Source: Octopus bimaculoides
Lineage: Eukaryota
Length of the DNA stretch: 64,000 bases
NCBI RefSeq assembly: GCF_001194135.2
Contig: NC_068994.1
Location: 53,352,318-53,416,317 of the forward strand
Direction: 5' to 3'
Below, piece by piece: positions 50,796 to 64,000 of the stretch. Within the stretch, counting starts at the first letter, position 1. The number at the start of each line of letters is the position of its first letter. The position numbers and the translations under genes were made by a program. A model generated the notes under the pieces. That model did not search any database. It saw only the letters and a list, made by a program, of their open reading frames with translations, and had not been told where the DNA came from.

Positions 50796-53700
50796 GTGAA
50801 TTTGTTATATATCAACGAGCATTGCTGCTTGTATACACAAGGAAAATGTAAAGTAGCTAACTTTACAAAATCTCTTGTAATTTGAGCAGATTAGCATATA
50901 ATCTATTTGCTCATTTCTATAAATAACTGCCATTACATCGGGTGTCCCAAAGTTCCTTTGAATAAATAAATCGCAAGTGTTCTAAACATACAGTATCGCA
51001 AGAAAGGAGATATTCTCCGATGATGAAAAACAACAGCGATCAGCATATTCCCGTTCGAATCAGTCAGAACATATTACAAATAAATAGATACGTTATTTTA
51101 TTACTTGGATCCTCGCTGTTCTGCATACATTTCATGAATTATAGAAACGTCTGTTTTCTGGGGAGTTAAAAGGTTGTGAGTGACGCAACACGGCAGCACT
51201 CATCACTGAGATAAAATAAGATGTAAAGACACATTATTCAAATGTCGACGAAATTACAGTTGACTGGTGGAATTTATTTCATCAAAAATCCGTAAAACTT
51301 TTGTTACACTTTGAGGAAATCCACCTTTTGTTTCTTACGGGGGTATTTAATGGACATCAAATATCAAATCGCTTTTCACACTACACACTGCAGTGTACCG
51401 AATATTTGAATATTTTGTCAGCAAAATATATTTCAACTCAATGTTGAGAGAGTTGATTCACTGGATACAGCCTAAGTTGTGGGAAACCAGTTATTTCGAT
51501 TATTGAGTATCCATTTGATCTGAACATCTTCAAAGATATTCCTTTATCTCTCCAGTGTGCTTTTGTGCACATACCTATGTATGTATGCATATATGTGTAT
51601 GTATATATATATATATATAACATGGTGTCTATCGTGTCATATATATATATATATATATATGATGAGTATACGTACATTATTACATATGCATCATTATATA
51701 CATTACTATATATGTATGTATAGTGAGTGTACATACATAGGCGTGTGTGAGTGTGTGTATTTATGAGTATACTTACACGCACACATTTATAAATACATGT
51801 ATGTGTTTATATACATTCATATATAGATAAATATTATATATATATAGAGAGAGAGAGAAAGAGAGAAACAGAGAGAGAGAGAAACAGAGAGAGAGATAAA
51901 TATAGATACGAATAGAAATATACGTGTGTGTATGTATATATATATATATATATATATATTCAGATATGCATACATATATATTTGTATGTATATATATATA
52001 TATGTGCTTATACACATACAGATATAAAGTATATAAATACGCACGCACACACACACATAATATATACATACATATTCTTACATGTATATATGCGTGTGCG
52101 CGTATCTATGTTTGCGTACAGAACAACGCATGCAATAAAACTTGAGCTGAAATTTCCCCCTTCGATGGAGACATAAAAAGCAAAACCTAATATTAAATTT
52201 CGACAGCTCTCAGAGAAAATTTGAGATAATTTCCAGGAATTTAGTGTAAATTTTACATAATTAGGATAAAATCTAATGTTCTGTTAGCAAGCAATGGGAC
52301 AGCTATAGGCACACGATTATCATTGTTGCGAGAATCACACACAAATACTATGCAGCAGCTATCTAACTAATGCGCTTGTGCAAGTTACGTAACTGGTGCT
52401 CGCACATCAGGTTGACACCTAACACGTGTGTGTGTGTGTGTGTGTGTGTGTATATTTGTGTATGTGTGTAAATTATATATTTAGGTCTTGACACATGCTG
52501 ACACAGTGTTTTCAGGATTATATTGATTTACATATTTTATCTGTTATCAATTTCATCGACTTCAGAATCTAAGACAAATTTTTATGAGGAAAAATACACA
52601 AATTCTATTGCCTTATACATTATAATGTTTGAAAGGACACAATAAACTAACATAATTAGGAAATAAAAAGCGTTTTGTGGCGACTAGTAATTTGTTATAT
52701 TGGCAAACATATCAAATGTGTGTGTGTCAGTCTGTATGACAGATAATTACTTAAATATTCGTAATCTAAATATATATATATATGAAACAAACATAATAAA
52801 AAGTACCTGTTTACTTGAAAGAGGAGTGAAAATCCTCCAAAACCACTCGTCTCTCACTATATGTAAACACGCTCAGAGAAAATAGCAAACATATTTCTCT
52901 GAAACAGTCCTCCTATTTGTAAAGTACATATAGTAAAATATAAATAAGGTCATAGACGTTTCGGTATCAATTGATTTCTGTATTGAACCAGACCACAGCG
53001 ATTTCACATTTTTTATTAATAAAGATGCGAAATCACTGTGATCTGACTTGCCTCTCTTGTCAGTCATTAAGATAAGTGCTGCACGTGGCTATGAGTTGTT
53101 TTAACTCTTATTTCTAGCAATGCTGGTGCTGAATAGCGCCCTCAGTCGCTTTAGTGACGTATATATATNNNNNNNNNNNNNNNNNNNNNNNNNNNNNNNN
53201 NNNNNNNNNNNNNNNNNNNNNNNNNNNNNNNNNNNNNNNNNNNNNNNNNNNNNNNNNNNNNNNNNNNNNNNNNNNNNNNNNNNNNNNNNNNNNNNNNNNN
53301 NNNNNNNNNNNNNNNNNNNNNNNNNNNNNNNNNNNNNNNNNNNNNNNNNNNNNNNNNNNNNNNNNNNNNTATATATATATATATGTACACAATATTTATT
53401 ATAGAAATATGTTGCTAGAATACGTGATATAGTGAGCCAGACAATTTGATTATTACCTAAGCTTACAACTTCGTTGATAAGAACACAAGTTTAACACCTA
53501 CGGAACATTAGGCTGAGAATATTTTCAGCAAGAGCAAAACTTGACAAATTTACTTGTGTATGAAAGTCGGTATGTGTGTGCGTGGATATAATACGTTCTT
53601 CAAGTGTAAAGAATCTATACATTAAACTAATGGTCACCAGGTATAACTTATAATGGTTTTATACAATAAATGAACTACCATGTCTAACGTACAACTCAAA

Positions 53701-54181
53701 CACACACATACACATACACATACTGACTCCAAAATTATTTCTGTACCGAATACTTTTCCGTGACTTAACCCTTTAGTGTGCGTGTGTGAGTGAGTGAGTG
53801 TATTTGCGTGTGTAGAAAGACCGATAGGTAAAAGCCAGACTAATGTAAGTACTGCAGATCGATATGATCAACTAAATCAATCCATGGAGACAGTGACTCG
53901 GCATGGCTACAGTCCAATGACTTACACCATTAAAAGAACATTTGAATATATATATATACATACACATGCACCTGTATTTATATACATGTGTATTTGTGTG
54001 TGTAATTTTACAGTGACTTCAAAGTTTCACTCTCTGTTGGCGCGGTCGTCATCTTACTTTATTCGGTTAACGTTCACGGGTTCTATAATTATATAAACAG
54101 TCTTTATGTGTTTATATGTATGTGTGCATGTTCGTGTGTGTGCGTATGCGTGTATGTAAATGTGTGTGTGTGTGTATGTAA

Positions 54182-54224
<43 letters not shown>

Positions 54225-54304
54225 GAACTTCATAAATATATATATATATATTTCTTCTTTTTACGCTATCTGAATTTCTTTGTAACTCTTTGATATGCAT
54301 ATAC

Positions 54305-54352
<48 letters not shown>

Positions 54353-54882
54353 GACTTTACTCATACACATATCCGAATACACACACACACACACACGCAT
54401 TTACTCGTACACATATACGAATACATACATATATATATGTATACACACACACACACATGCGTGTACACTTGTGTATGTAAATACAAATATGCATTTATAT
54501 TACACACACATATATATGTGTATGTATATATATACGTGTGTGTGTATGTGTGTGTGTGAGTGTATGAGTGAGAGAGAGAGAGAATGTATGTGTGTGTGTT
54601 TCGTGGGCCTATGCACGCGAATTTCAATCTGTTGAACTGAGCAGCGATAATCAGGAACTATTTTTCTCTCTCGAAGCTGAAAGCAATAGCTAGAATCTCA
54701 ATCCTGTACATGATACTTTATCGTCTATCGATTAGTCCGGCTTTCAAATCTTGAAACCGGAGTCCATTCTCGATGATATCGTGCAAGCTGTTAATGTAAT
54801 GGCAGCTTAGTTGAGGGGGTGGAGAGGGAGGATCGTCAGCTTACGGGAACAGCCAACGTTAAATGTATAGATGTAAGTGGAT

Positions 54883-54914
<32 letters not shown>

Positions 54915-54949
54915 TGAGTGGAAAGCGGTCGGAAACTGATTTATTATTG

Positions 54950-55440
54950 TTGTTGTTGTTGTTGTTGTTAGTGGTGCTGGTGGTCGTGGTAATCTTGGAG
55001 AAGTAGTGAAGATGAGTTTGGTGGAGACGAAGGAGGTGGAACGATACTCTTTGGTAGAGGCTGTGCACATCGTCGTTCACCTTTCATATATATACTTACG
55101 GGAGGATTTTCGTAGTAGAGGTAGTGGGGAGGGGAGTTGTGGTGGTGGTGATGGTGAAGCTATTAGTTGTAGTATTCGATTATAGCGTTGATAGTGGCAG
55201 TGGATGCATTTTTGAAAGTGGCGCTTATAGTTATAGCTGTAATCATGATGATCATGGTGGTGGTGAAGATGACGATTGTGGTGGTTGTGGTGGTAAGAGG
55301 AAGCGAGGGGGTTAAGACTCGTTACGTTGTATGAGGACAGATGATTCAATGAGGGGGGAGATGAACTGGATGACATTTAATGGTGGAGATGAGGAAAGGG
55401 ATGAATGACATGAGGATTTATTGCTGTTGTGAATGTAGTT
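54950..55440. repeat. Mixed (GTT/GGT/GAT)n low-complexity tract
   Basis: Pure (GTT)n at about 54945-54969 plus imperfect GGT/GAT runs. Confidence 0.75.
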
Positions 55441-57410
55441 AATTGGTTTATATATATATAATATACATATTTGTGTGTTGTATGTATGTACATATATATT
55501 TATATACACATGTATGTTCATGTACATATGTATTCATTAACATTTATTTATATATATATATATGTATATACAGACATGCATTTGTGTGTGTATATGTATA
55601 TGCAGGCAAATACATATATACACACACACACATAGACTAACATCCACACAAATATACATATATGCTCACAGGCACACATACATACAAACATACACACACA
55701 CACACGTAAATATAAACAAGAATGAGAAACGAGCGGATTCAATACTGAAATTAAGGCGGTATAATATATTGGTGGCTGTTTTTACACAAACCGTTACTCC
55801 TGATTTCTAATTGCCGACTTTCGTTGAATCTGTTATTGTCTTGAAATAAAATCAGTAATTTATCACTTAAACACAGCTTAGAGCGCTGACTTGAACGGGA
55901 AGTAGACATATGAAATGGTATGAGTCGAGCTTTGGATTTCAAATGCTACGCATCTTCTTTCTAGATGTATTTGAAAAATTTCCCTTCAAGATTCTTAAGC
56001 AAATAAACATGGTGATGAAATTGAATAATACAGCAGCTGTCGTTCAAAATACGTAATTCTGAGAGGGACTGGAATTATGCATTGAAATTTCGTACAATGA
56101 AATAGACCTATCGAGAGATAAGTGACTGCTGTTAAGCAGGCAATCGCGCAAGAGTAACAAGTTTAGAAGTAGAGGAGGGGACTACACGATTGTTTTTTTA
56201 CAAACAGTTGTAATTTTTACAACATGAGTAAGTTATCTTAATCATATTTCTCTCAAAAACTTCGTAATTGATCGGAAAATAATAAAGTTCAGTTTAAGAA
56301 ATCTTCGATGTATGATCTTTATGATAGATTATAACATTCAATATTTCTTAGCCTGTTTTTACTTTCGAAAACATTGGTCTGGGTTGTGTATTTTATTTAA
56401 TGTGTAAATCCAGTGTCTGTTTCCTTAAAATAATGGGAAATAATGAATGCAACCTTTATCTGAAGATAAGGAGTATATAGGAAAGCATTGGGATTAAATG
56501 TGTACGAATAGTGGCGAGTTGGTAGAATCATTTATATGAGTTTTTTTCTTTTTTAATGTTTTCGGTAAGGATAGAATTTATTCGTCTCTAAATTTAATGC
56601 AGTATCCTAAATATTAAAGATGTTAAAGTCAGTATCTACTATGAATCTCTTCATTACGCGCGTAATGAATGATACGTCAAGATTAAGGATAGATATGGAC
56701 CAGCTTAATACTCAAAGTAGATCTATTTCCTAAAATCCATCGTCTTAATCATGGGAGATGAAATCCGGATAAACAAAATAAGGATACAGGAAATGCAAAA
56801 TAAAGCTAATATAAAAGATAGGCAAGCAATTCGTTTAGGAATAAGTTACAGAAATATGCATATAAGTAACCTGAAAGCTAGACTGTAGCTATAGTTAGAT
56901 TTTCAGAAGATTAAAAAGCGTAAAAACAATTGTGAAGAAAGAAAATTCAAAGTAGCCCTTTACAGCTGTTTCGGAGATTTGTTGACAAATGGATGCAATA
57001 ATGTGTACTACATAGATATGTACTAAATTAGTGTTAACAAATAAGTATGAAATAAGTCAGATCTCTGGATATCTACCGATTTAATAGGTATTCCCATGCA
57101 CTATCTTCTTGCTTTCCGCTTAATTATGTTTATATGCGTATTTGTGTAACTTATAAGTTCTTGAGTGCCATAAATAACTGCTTGTCCATCTGTTACTAAA
57201 ATATGTTCCGCAGTGTAATCATAATTAACGTTAGACAAGTTATTTTTTACTAAAACTGTTCAAAAATGATAAGGTATACGATAGACCATTTCGAGCTACG
57301 ACCATTAAGTCAAATAATACAATTAAATAAATAATACGTAAAGAGCAAACTTCTGATGCACGGTATAAAGGAAAATATGCATAATCATATCACATATATA
57401 TTCGTGTGCT

Positions 57411-57448
<38 letters not shown>

Positions 57449-57649
57449 TGTATGTATATATATATAATATAGTCCTCACATAACTTTTTAGAGTTAAGTA
57501 CATCTCCCAGTGCAATGAATTTGGCATTATTGATATCTTTATTTTGGCTGTTGCTGAGACGACCTTTTTTTTCAGTCAAGATCATCATAATCTTTGACAT
57601 CATCATTTTTATGGTTTTCTTTATTTCATACTCTTACGATTAATGACAT

Positions 57650-57990
57650 GGAATTGGTGATAGCGGTGAGTTGCATTGGGTTGTATTACTGGTGAGGATG
57701 CTAGTGAAGTTGATGGTGATGATAGGAACGTAGCTGAAGTGGTGAGAGTAGCTGTGATGGTGGTGACGAAGTTGTCGATGTTGGTGACGAAGTTGTCGAT
57801 GTTAATAGTGTTGATAGTGAGAGTAACTGTGATGGTGGTGAAAGTATAATTGCATGGTGGTGTTGATGCACGATTTGTGGTGACGGTTTTGAGGAGCTGA
57901 TAATGGTGATGGTAATAGATAATGATGTCGATGGTGAAGATGACGGTGTTGATAAAGACACAGCAGTGATAATGACGATGCTAATCTCAT
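57650..57990. repeat. (GAT/GGT)-rich tract with an internal 21-bp tandem duplication
   Basis: tggtgacgaagttgtcgatgt x2 at 57761-57802, flanked by two copies of gtgagagta(g/a)ctgtgatggtggtga. Confidence 0.8.
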
Positions 57991-58004
57991 TAATGGTATC
58001 TAAT

Positions 58005-58540
58005 ATACACACAAGGCCTGCGGTAGACTATATCGATCTGAGTTCCTGACAGGTACTTAATTTTATCGACAAAGAAAGGTTGAAAGAGTTGAATCCGGTG
58101 GGATTTGAACCCAGATGGTAGAAACACCGCGAAGCATTTTTTTTTCGGCTTTATATTGATTGTGCCAGCTCCCGCTTCAATGGTGATATTAAAAATAATG
58201 ATTTTAAATTTTGACCCAAGGCCAGAAATTTTAGCAGGAGGTGGCAAGTCGATGTAATTGATTCCAGTGCTTGACTAATAATTATTTTATCGCTCCCGAA
58301 AGGACGTCAGGCAAAGTCGACCATGACAGAATTTGGACTCAGAATGTTCGGGAATAATATTAATAATGGTTTCGGGAGAGTGGTAAGTCGATTATATCGA
58401 CCCAGAGCTCAACTGGTATTGATTTTTATCGCTCACGAAAGGATGAAATGTAAAGTCAACCTCGGCGGAATTTGAACTCAGAACGTAAAGACGGACGAAA
58501 TGCCCGGCGTGCTAACGATTCAGCCAGCTCGCCACCCTAC
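58005..58540 (-). mobile_element. Three head-to-tail family B SINEs
   Basis: Three repeats of ttt(t)atcg...gaaagg...gaatttg(a/g)ac(t/c)caga at about 58060, 58290 and 58430, separated by (AAT)n-like tails. Confidence 0.8.
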
Positions 58541-58904
58541 TAATAATAACAGTGATGGTAACGTTAAGTGAAAAAGCAATAATGCGTTTTCAAGCTCTGT
58601 ACTGAAGGCATAATTTAACAAGATCAAACTTTTACTCCAGACATGGAAATTTAATTTTCTATAAATCTAATTACTCCTATACTTTTTTATCTGTTCCAGC
58701 CAGCGGCTGTGCCCATGTTAGGACACTGGTATTAATTCTTAATTGCTTGGAATTATCTCGCCAATCTTTTAAAAGTCACTAACAAGCACCAATATGTTTT
58801 CTTTCTAGCTTTTTCTTTTCTCTTTGGCTTTTTTTTACAAAAATATTTTCGTACGTAAATCTGTACTTGAATTAACTAAATCCATCCCACTGGAGACGTA
58901 TGAC

Positions 58905-59300
58905 TGTCAAGTTAAGAAGTTCGTTTCGAAATCACAAGGTTTCGGCTTCAGTCCCACTGCGTGGCATTGAAGGTCAGAGTCTTCTACTTTAGCCCCCAGG
59001 CCGACAAATACCCTTGTGAGTGAAATTAGGAGACGGAAACTGCGTGAAGTCCATTGTGTGTATGTGTGTGTATATATAATGTACGTGTGTTTGTGTCTAT
59101 TTGTAGGCATGCGTGCGTGAGTGTGTTTGTTTTGTCCATACACCGTTTGACAACCAGTGTTGGTTTATTTTCCCGTAACTTAGGTTTCGGTAAAGGTGAC
59201 AGCTTAATTACTAGATTTAAAAAGGTTAATATTGGGGCCCATTTGTTCGACTAAACCCATCAAGCTGGTACCCCAGCATAACCCTGGTGCAATGAGTGAA
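58905..59300 (+). mobile_element. Family A SINE, diverged full-length copy
   Basis: ggcttcagtcccactgcgtggca...cttctactttagcccccaggccgacaaatacccttgtgag...ccgtttgacaacc...aatgagtgaaattagtaaaagaat. Confidence 0.8.
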
Positions 59301-59540
59301 ATTAGTAAAAGAATTAAAAAGTATGATTTATTTCTTTTCGCTCATGCTTTGTAATTATGCAAATTAGTCTAAGATCTTCGAAAATTATTATTTTTCTATT
59401 CTTAAACATTTCTTTCACCCAATCAAAGCAGGCAAGACTAATACCTATAAGTATCAACAGGCCTACTGATAAAACTGTTTTCCTGCTAAGCATAAAATAC
59501 GATTTTCTAGTAAACCGATTCTTAATACCTAGAGATTTTA

Positions 59541-59632
59541 AGGCGGGGAGCTGACAGAATCGTTATCATGCCGGAGGAAAATGGTTAACGGTATTTCGTC
59601 CGTCTTTACTTTGTGATTTCGAGTTCCAAATT
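59541..59632 (+). mobile_element. Family B SINE head, truncated, abutting the Helitron fossil
   Basis: aggcggggagctgacagaatcgttatcatgccgg...gtatttcgtccgtctttac...gagttccaaatt. Confidence 0.8.
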
Positions 59633-59642
59633 GAAGAATACT

Positions 59643-60340
59643 AAAGACAGTCATTTGGAAAGCAGAATTATAATTTCTAAGGTTTTTCAAGAAGTGCATG
59701 CTCCTTGGTGTGTTTCCCAAATGCAATGCCTTCAAAGTATTTAGGGGTGTACCAGACCTCGGTAAAACAACCGTTCCTCCACCACAACACAGTGGGGCTT
59801 TCTTTTCCTCGTTTTTTTTTTTCCTTTACGAAAACTGCACTCTTTTGACATTGTTCCAATTCAATTAATTTCTCTGTACAATAATCGCGCTTTGGATCAT
59901 AGTTGAATGTTGATCTTTTCCTAGTTCCTTTAAAATCCTATCTTGATCAAGACGTTCAAGTCTTACCTCTGGGAATTGGCGAAGTCTTGCAGCAACTGTT
60001 TGCTCCTGTGTTTTTCATTGTCTCATCTCTCGCTGACCTATTGTCTCATTGGCAACTCTGGCAGCTTGTCTTTGTCTTGCATCCTTTAAATACTTTTTAC
60101 TGTCCTCTTTTTGACCCTTGGCTCCTGCGGATTGCATTTTGTTGACGTAATTGTTCTAACCGTTTTTCCCTTGCCGCTTGTGACTCTTTGGCCCTGCGTG
60201 CAGTAGCTCTCCTTCGGTAGTTTTCACGTCTTTACTGTCGTTGTGCAGGGGTCTCTAGTGACCTTTACTCGTCTTTGCTTCACTGTAGAATACTGATCAT
60301 CTACAACTACCCCATCTCCTCTTGTAGAGAGTGAGAACAT
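59643..60340 (-). mobile_element. Helitron Rep/helicase N-terminal fossil (frameshifted, truncated before the Rep catalytic core)
   Basis: Charged repeats ETPAQRQ*RRENYRRRATARRAKESQAAREKRLEQLRQ (from 60255), then FNYDPKRDY (59907-59881), IGTMSKECSF(R)K, LCCGGGTVVLP (59792-59775 onward) and FLKNLRNYNSAFQMTVF (59693-59643). These match the Helitron pattern IG.M...C..C.....E....CC..G.V.LP...FL.NIR.YNSAFQMTSF. Confidence 0.85.
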
Positions 60341-61563
60341 TTTTCTCGGAAACTTTTTTGAAAATTAAAATAGAGATTAAATGAAAAAAATGAGTGAAAG
60401 TTACGTGAATATCTTCACTGGAGTGATTGAAATAAATGGCGCTTGTGGAACGCCGCAAACACGCTCACACACACACACACAGTATCAAACACCAGCGTGT
60501 CTTTCTCTCCCGCTTTCCCCCTCTCTTTGTTCCGGCTTTCTTTCACCTTTACCTATAGAACAGACATACAGTATCAAAGATCAGTCTCTCTCTCTCTCTA
60601 TCTCTCTCTCTCTCTCCTGCTATCCCTTTCTTTCAACTTCTAGAGAAACTTGTTTTCTTTCTTTCTTTCTCTCTTCTATTTTTCTCATTCTCTGTCTCTC
60701 TCTCTCGCTTATACATATTCGCTCTCACCCTCTGTAATGGTTCCTCTCTTTTGTTTCTCTCTCTCTCCTTTCTCACTCTCTCATTGGCATTATGCACAGA
60801 CATTTGCTTATATATATATGAGAGAGAGAGAGATAAAAAAAATACGTCCTTGAAGTGACAAAAAGAGAAACTACCAGAGAGTGAGCGAGAAAGGAAGATA
60901 GAAAGACAAAAAGCATTTTTTGTGCAGAGAATGGCGGGATTTGTATTTGTTTTGTTTTTTTTAGTGCTTTACTATTTATATATATATNNNNNNNNNNNNN
61001 NNNNNNNNNNNNNNNNNNNNNNNNNNNNNNNNNNNNNNNNNNNNNNNNNNNNNNNNNNNNNNNNNNNNNNNNNNNNNNNNNNNNNNNNNNNNNNNNNNNN
61101 NNNNNNNNNNNNNNNNNNNNNNNNNNNNNNNNNNNNNNNNNNNNNNNNNNNNNNNNNNNNNNNNNNNNNNNNNNNNNNNNNNNNNNNNNNNNNNNNNNNN
61201 NNNNNNNNNNNNNNNNNNNNNNNNNNNNNNNNNNNNNNNNNNNNNNNNNNNNNNNNNNNNNNNNNNNNNNNNNNNNNNNNNNNNNNNNNNNNNNNNNNNN
61301 NNNNNNNNNNNNNNNNNNNNNNNNNNNNNNNNNNNNNNNNNNNNNNNNNNNNNNNNNNNNNNNNNNNNNNNNNNNNNNNNNNNNNNNNNNNNNNNNNNNN
61401 NNNNNNNNNNNNNNNNNNNNNNNNNNNNNNNNNNNNNNNNNNNNNNNNNNNNNNNNNNNNNNNNNNNNNNNNNNNNNNNNNNNNNNNNNNNNNNNNNNNN
61501 NNNNNNNNNNNNNNNNNNNNNNNNNNNNNNNNNNNNNNNNNNNNNNNNNNNNNNNNNNNNNNN

Positions 61564-61603
<40 letters not shown>

Positions 61604-62066
61604 CGATGGAATGGACATACTTTAATCACAAGACAACAATTGTTTTTGTGCATTGGTAACTGGATATGCGTGTGGAAATCCGTTACTGTATGCAGAGTTT
61701 CCACATGTATATCCAATAAAATGAGTATTCCTGACGTATGATGAAATATGGTAGCCGATAATCGTATAGAAGCTCTGAAATGCACGTTATGAGGTTATTA
61801 CTCAGATGATTGGTGTGTGTGTGTGTATATATATATACCCATATATTCACAGTGGTATATATATGGTCGATGGATGCCGCACGTAAGAAATCAAGAATAA
61901 GACACAAAGAGACAATCCTTTCTGATAATGGTTTCAGACCATACTTTTAGTGGTGGGAGGGAAAGAATGCTGCTGTTGATTAAATCTGTCTTAGAACCTG
62001 GCAGGTATCTAAGTTTATGGCACTAGAACAACTGAAAGAAAGACTGAATAGAGACGGAGAGACAGA

Positions 62067-62107
62067 GATATAATAAGATCGACGTGATATAATAAGATCG
62101 ACGTGAT
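62067..62107. repeat. Perfect 19-bp tandem duplication
   Basis: gatataataagatcgacgt x2 plus gat. Confidence 0.9.
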
Positions 62108-63929
62108 CATACTTGCATTTGATGCGAGAACTCAAAGACAGAGAAGGGATTGAAAATATAATTAGAATGATAGGATGAAAGGGACAGAGACGACGAGAGA
62201 CAAGGAAGCTGGTGGAAGGGGATGAAGGGGCAGTCAGTATACAGAAAGACAGCTTCGATCAGGCATGGGCAAAAATTTTCGTGAAGCAGGCCGCATAAGA
62301 CACTAAAAATATCATGCGTATGTTATTTTCTTCGTGAAATAAGGTGTGCTATTCGAAAGGTCGAATTTTGCCTATAGCAAGCTTAGGTGGTAGAAAGAAA
62401 GATAAAGCAAAGGGTCTGAAAAATACCGGTGGGACACAGTAAGATGGGCAGAGAATGTGAAAGAGATAGAGGAGGGAATTGGAAGAACAAAAAGCAAGAT
62501 ACTGAGAGATAATGAAAGAGAAGAAAGACAGGACTTCTTGATAGACAGTGAGAGATATGGACAGAAAAAGGGCTAAACAGTAAGAGTGATAAAATAACGT
62601 CAGGTAAATAGAGATAAAGTGACAGAGATATATAGAGAGTAGGGTTATAGAGAGAGACGGAAACAGTTTGTCAGGGAGATGATACAAATAAAAAGAAGCG
62701 AAAGTAAATATGTAAAAAAAAAAGCGAGAGAGAGAAAGAGGGGAGTTTTGTTCACCAGATTATACAGCTCAATAATCACGTCCGTAACTTAAATTCTATT
62801 TCTTTAATATTTAGCAAGGAGTGTTTGATTTTTCTGTAATTGGGTTTGCAGTTAGAGAAAGGTAAATATTTTTTTTAAATTCCGGTCATTTCCGCTCCTA
62901 ATCGGGAAAAAAGCGGCCATTGCAAAATGTCGAGTTAGTAAACAATTGAAATTTAGTTTTTCACTCCTTCTGGGCTTTCTCCTGGGAAACAGTCGGTCCA
63001 GTGATGTCCGTATTTGCTACAGCACTTCCGGGAACATTTCTGTTTTGAGTTAACGAGTATAGTGGTTGCGTTTAATCGATATTAGCGCGTGGGATATATA
63101 TATATATCGTGAGAAAAAAAAGAGAATAAACTCGGAAAGAGAAAGAGAGAACCTAAACTTAAAGCTGCAAAGTGAAAGATATAGAAACGTTAAAGGATCG
63201 AGGGTTGTTGAGAGACACACGGAGACCGAATACGACAAACAGAGCGACTGACAAATGGGAGGGACTATTTAGCGATAGATTGACAGGAATAGAGCGAGAG
63301 AAAGATGGAGAGAGGGAAGGAGGAAGCAAATGGAAAAGAGGAAAAACGACAGAGTGAGAGAGATAAAACGAAACAAAGATGGGGGGAAATTTTCAGGTTC
63401 CATGGGGGAAAATGATTCTTCTAGGTTCGCTTGCACTTTATTTTCCATAATTCAATAACCGAGATGCAGAGGATAATTAACATCCTTAACATCCTCTTTC
63501 ATTCCACCTTTTGCTCTTCACCCCCCCCCCCNNNNNNNNNNNNNNNNNNNNNNNNNNNNNNNNNNNNNNNNNNNNNNNNNNNNNNNNNNNNNNNNNNNNN
63601 NNNNNNNNNNNNNNNNNNNNNNNNNNNNNNNNNNNNNNNNNNNNNNNNNNNNNNNNNNNNNNNNNNNNNNNNNNNNNNNNNNNNNNNNNNNNNNNNNNNN
63701 NNNNNNNNNNNNNNNNNNNNNNNNNNNNNNNNNNNNNNNNNNNNNNNNNNNNNNNNNNNNNNNNNNNNNNNNNNNNNNNNNNNNNNNNNNNNNNNNNNNN
63801 NNNNNNNNNNNNNNNNNNNNNNNNNNNCTGGTATTTATTCTTAATTTACCTTTCCGCCATTAGAGAGAAGAGAGAAAAAAACCATTTCGAGCAAGGTTAA
63901 TGATTTTGTTAATGTTCTCTTCTCAAATA

Positions 63930-64000
63930 ATAACGAAGTTCGACATTGCCTTTCATACTTCCGGTGTCGATAACATAAAGTGCTGGTATCCGATTCAATT
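63930..64000 (+). mobile_element. Family B SINE central-domain fragment at the window edge
   Basis: gaagttcgacattgcctttcatacttccggtgtcgataa resembles gaggtcgactttgcctttcatcctttcggggtcgataa. Confidence 0.6.

Noticed and set aside
51520-51570. KHTGE zinc-finger-linker-like peptide on the minus strand
   Set aside because: There is no upstream C2H2 pattern and a stop follows within six codons.
56951-57000. Third hammerhead candidate (minus strand GAAAC-AGCU-GUA), and the same GAAACAGCTGTA motif in the foldback arms at about 28505-28525
   Set aside because: There is no CUGANGA core or matching stem I upstream. At most it is a decayed half-motif.

Overview
AT-rich eukaryotic non-coding DNA, very likely from an octopus draft assembly. 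The organism is inferred from three recurrent tRNA-derived SINE families, very dense (TA)n/(CA)n/(GA)n/(AAT)n repeats, and N-gaps that mostly sit in simple repeats. I found no host protein-coding exon that I could recognise by homology, and nearly all ORFs in the track are microsatellite or gap artefacts. What the window does contain is a layered mobile-element record. It holds two different Tc1/mariner transposase fossils (about 851-1423 and 10093-10367) and a nearly full-length, frameshifted hAT/Buster-like transposase fossil (about 36906-39290, minus) split by SINEs. One of those SINEs itself carries a nested insert. There is also a Helitron Rep N-terminal fossil (about 59643-60340, minus), a 325-bp foldback element (28463-28787), and more than 25 SINE copies, often in head-to-tail stacks. 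The best lead is two minimal hammerhead-ribozyme-like motifs on the minus strand (17346-17380 and 21390-21425) with covarying stems, lying in short elements next to (TA)n tracts and probably of Penelope-like origin. A few splice-site-bounded candidate exons are listed at low confidence only. All protein-family calls come from my recall of family motifs, not from database searches.
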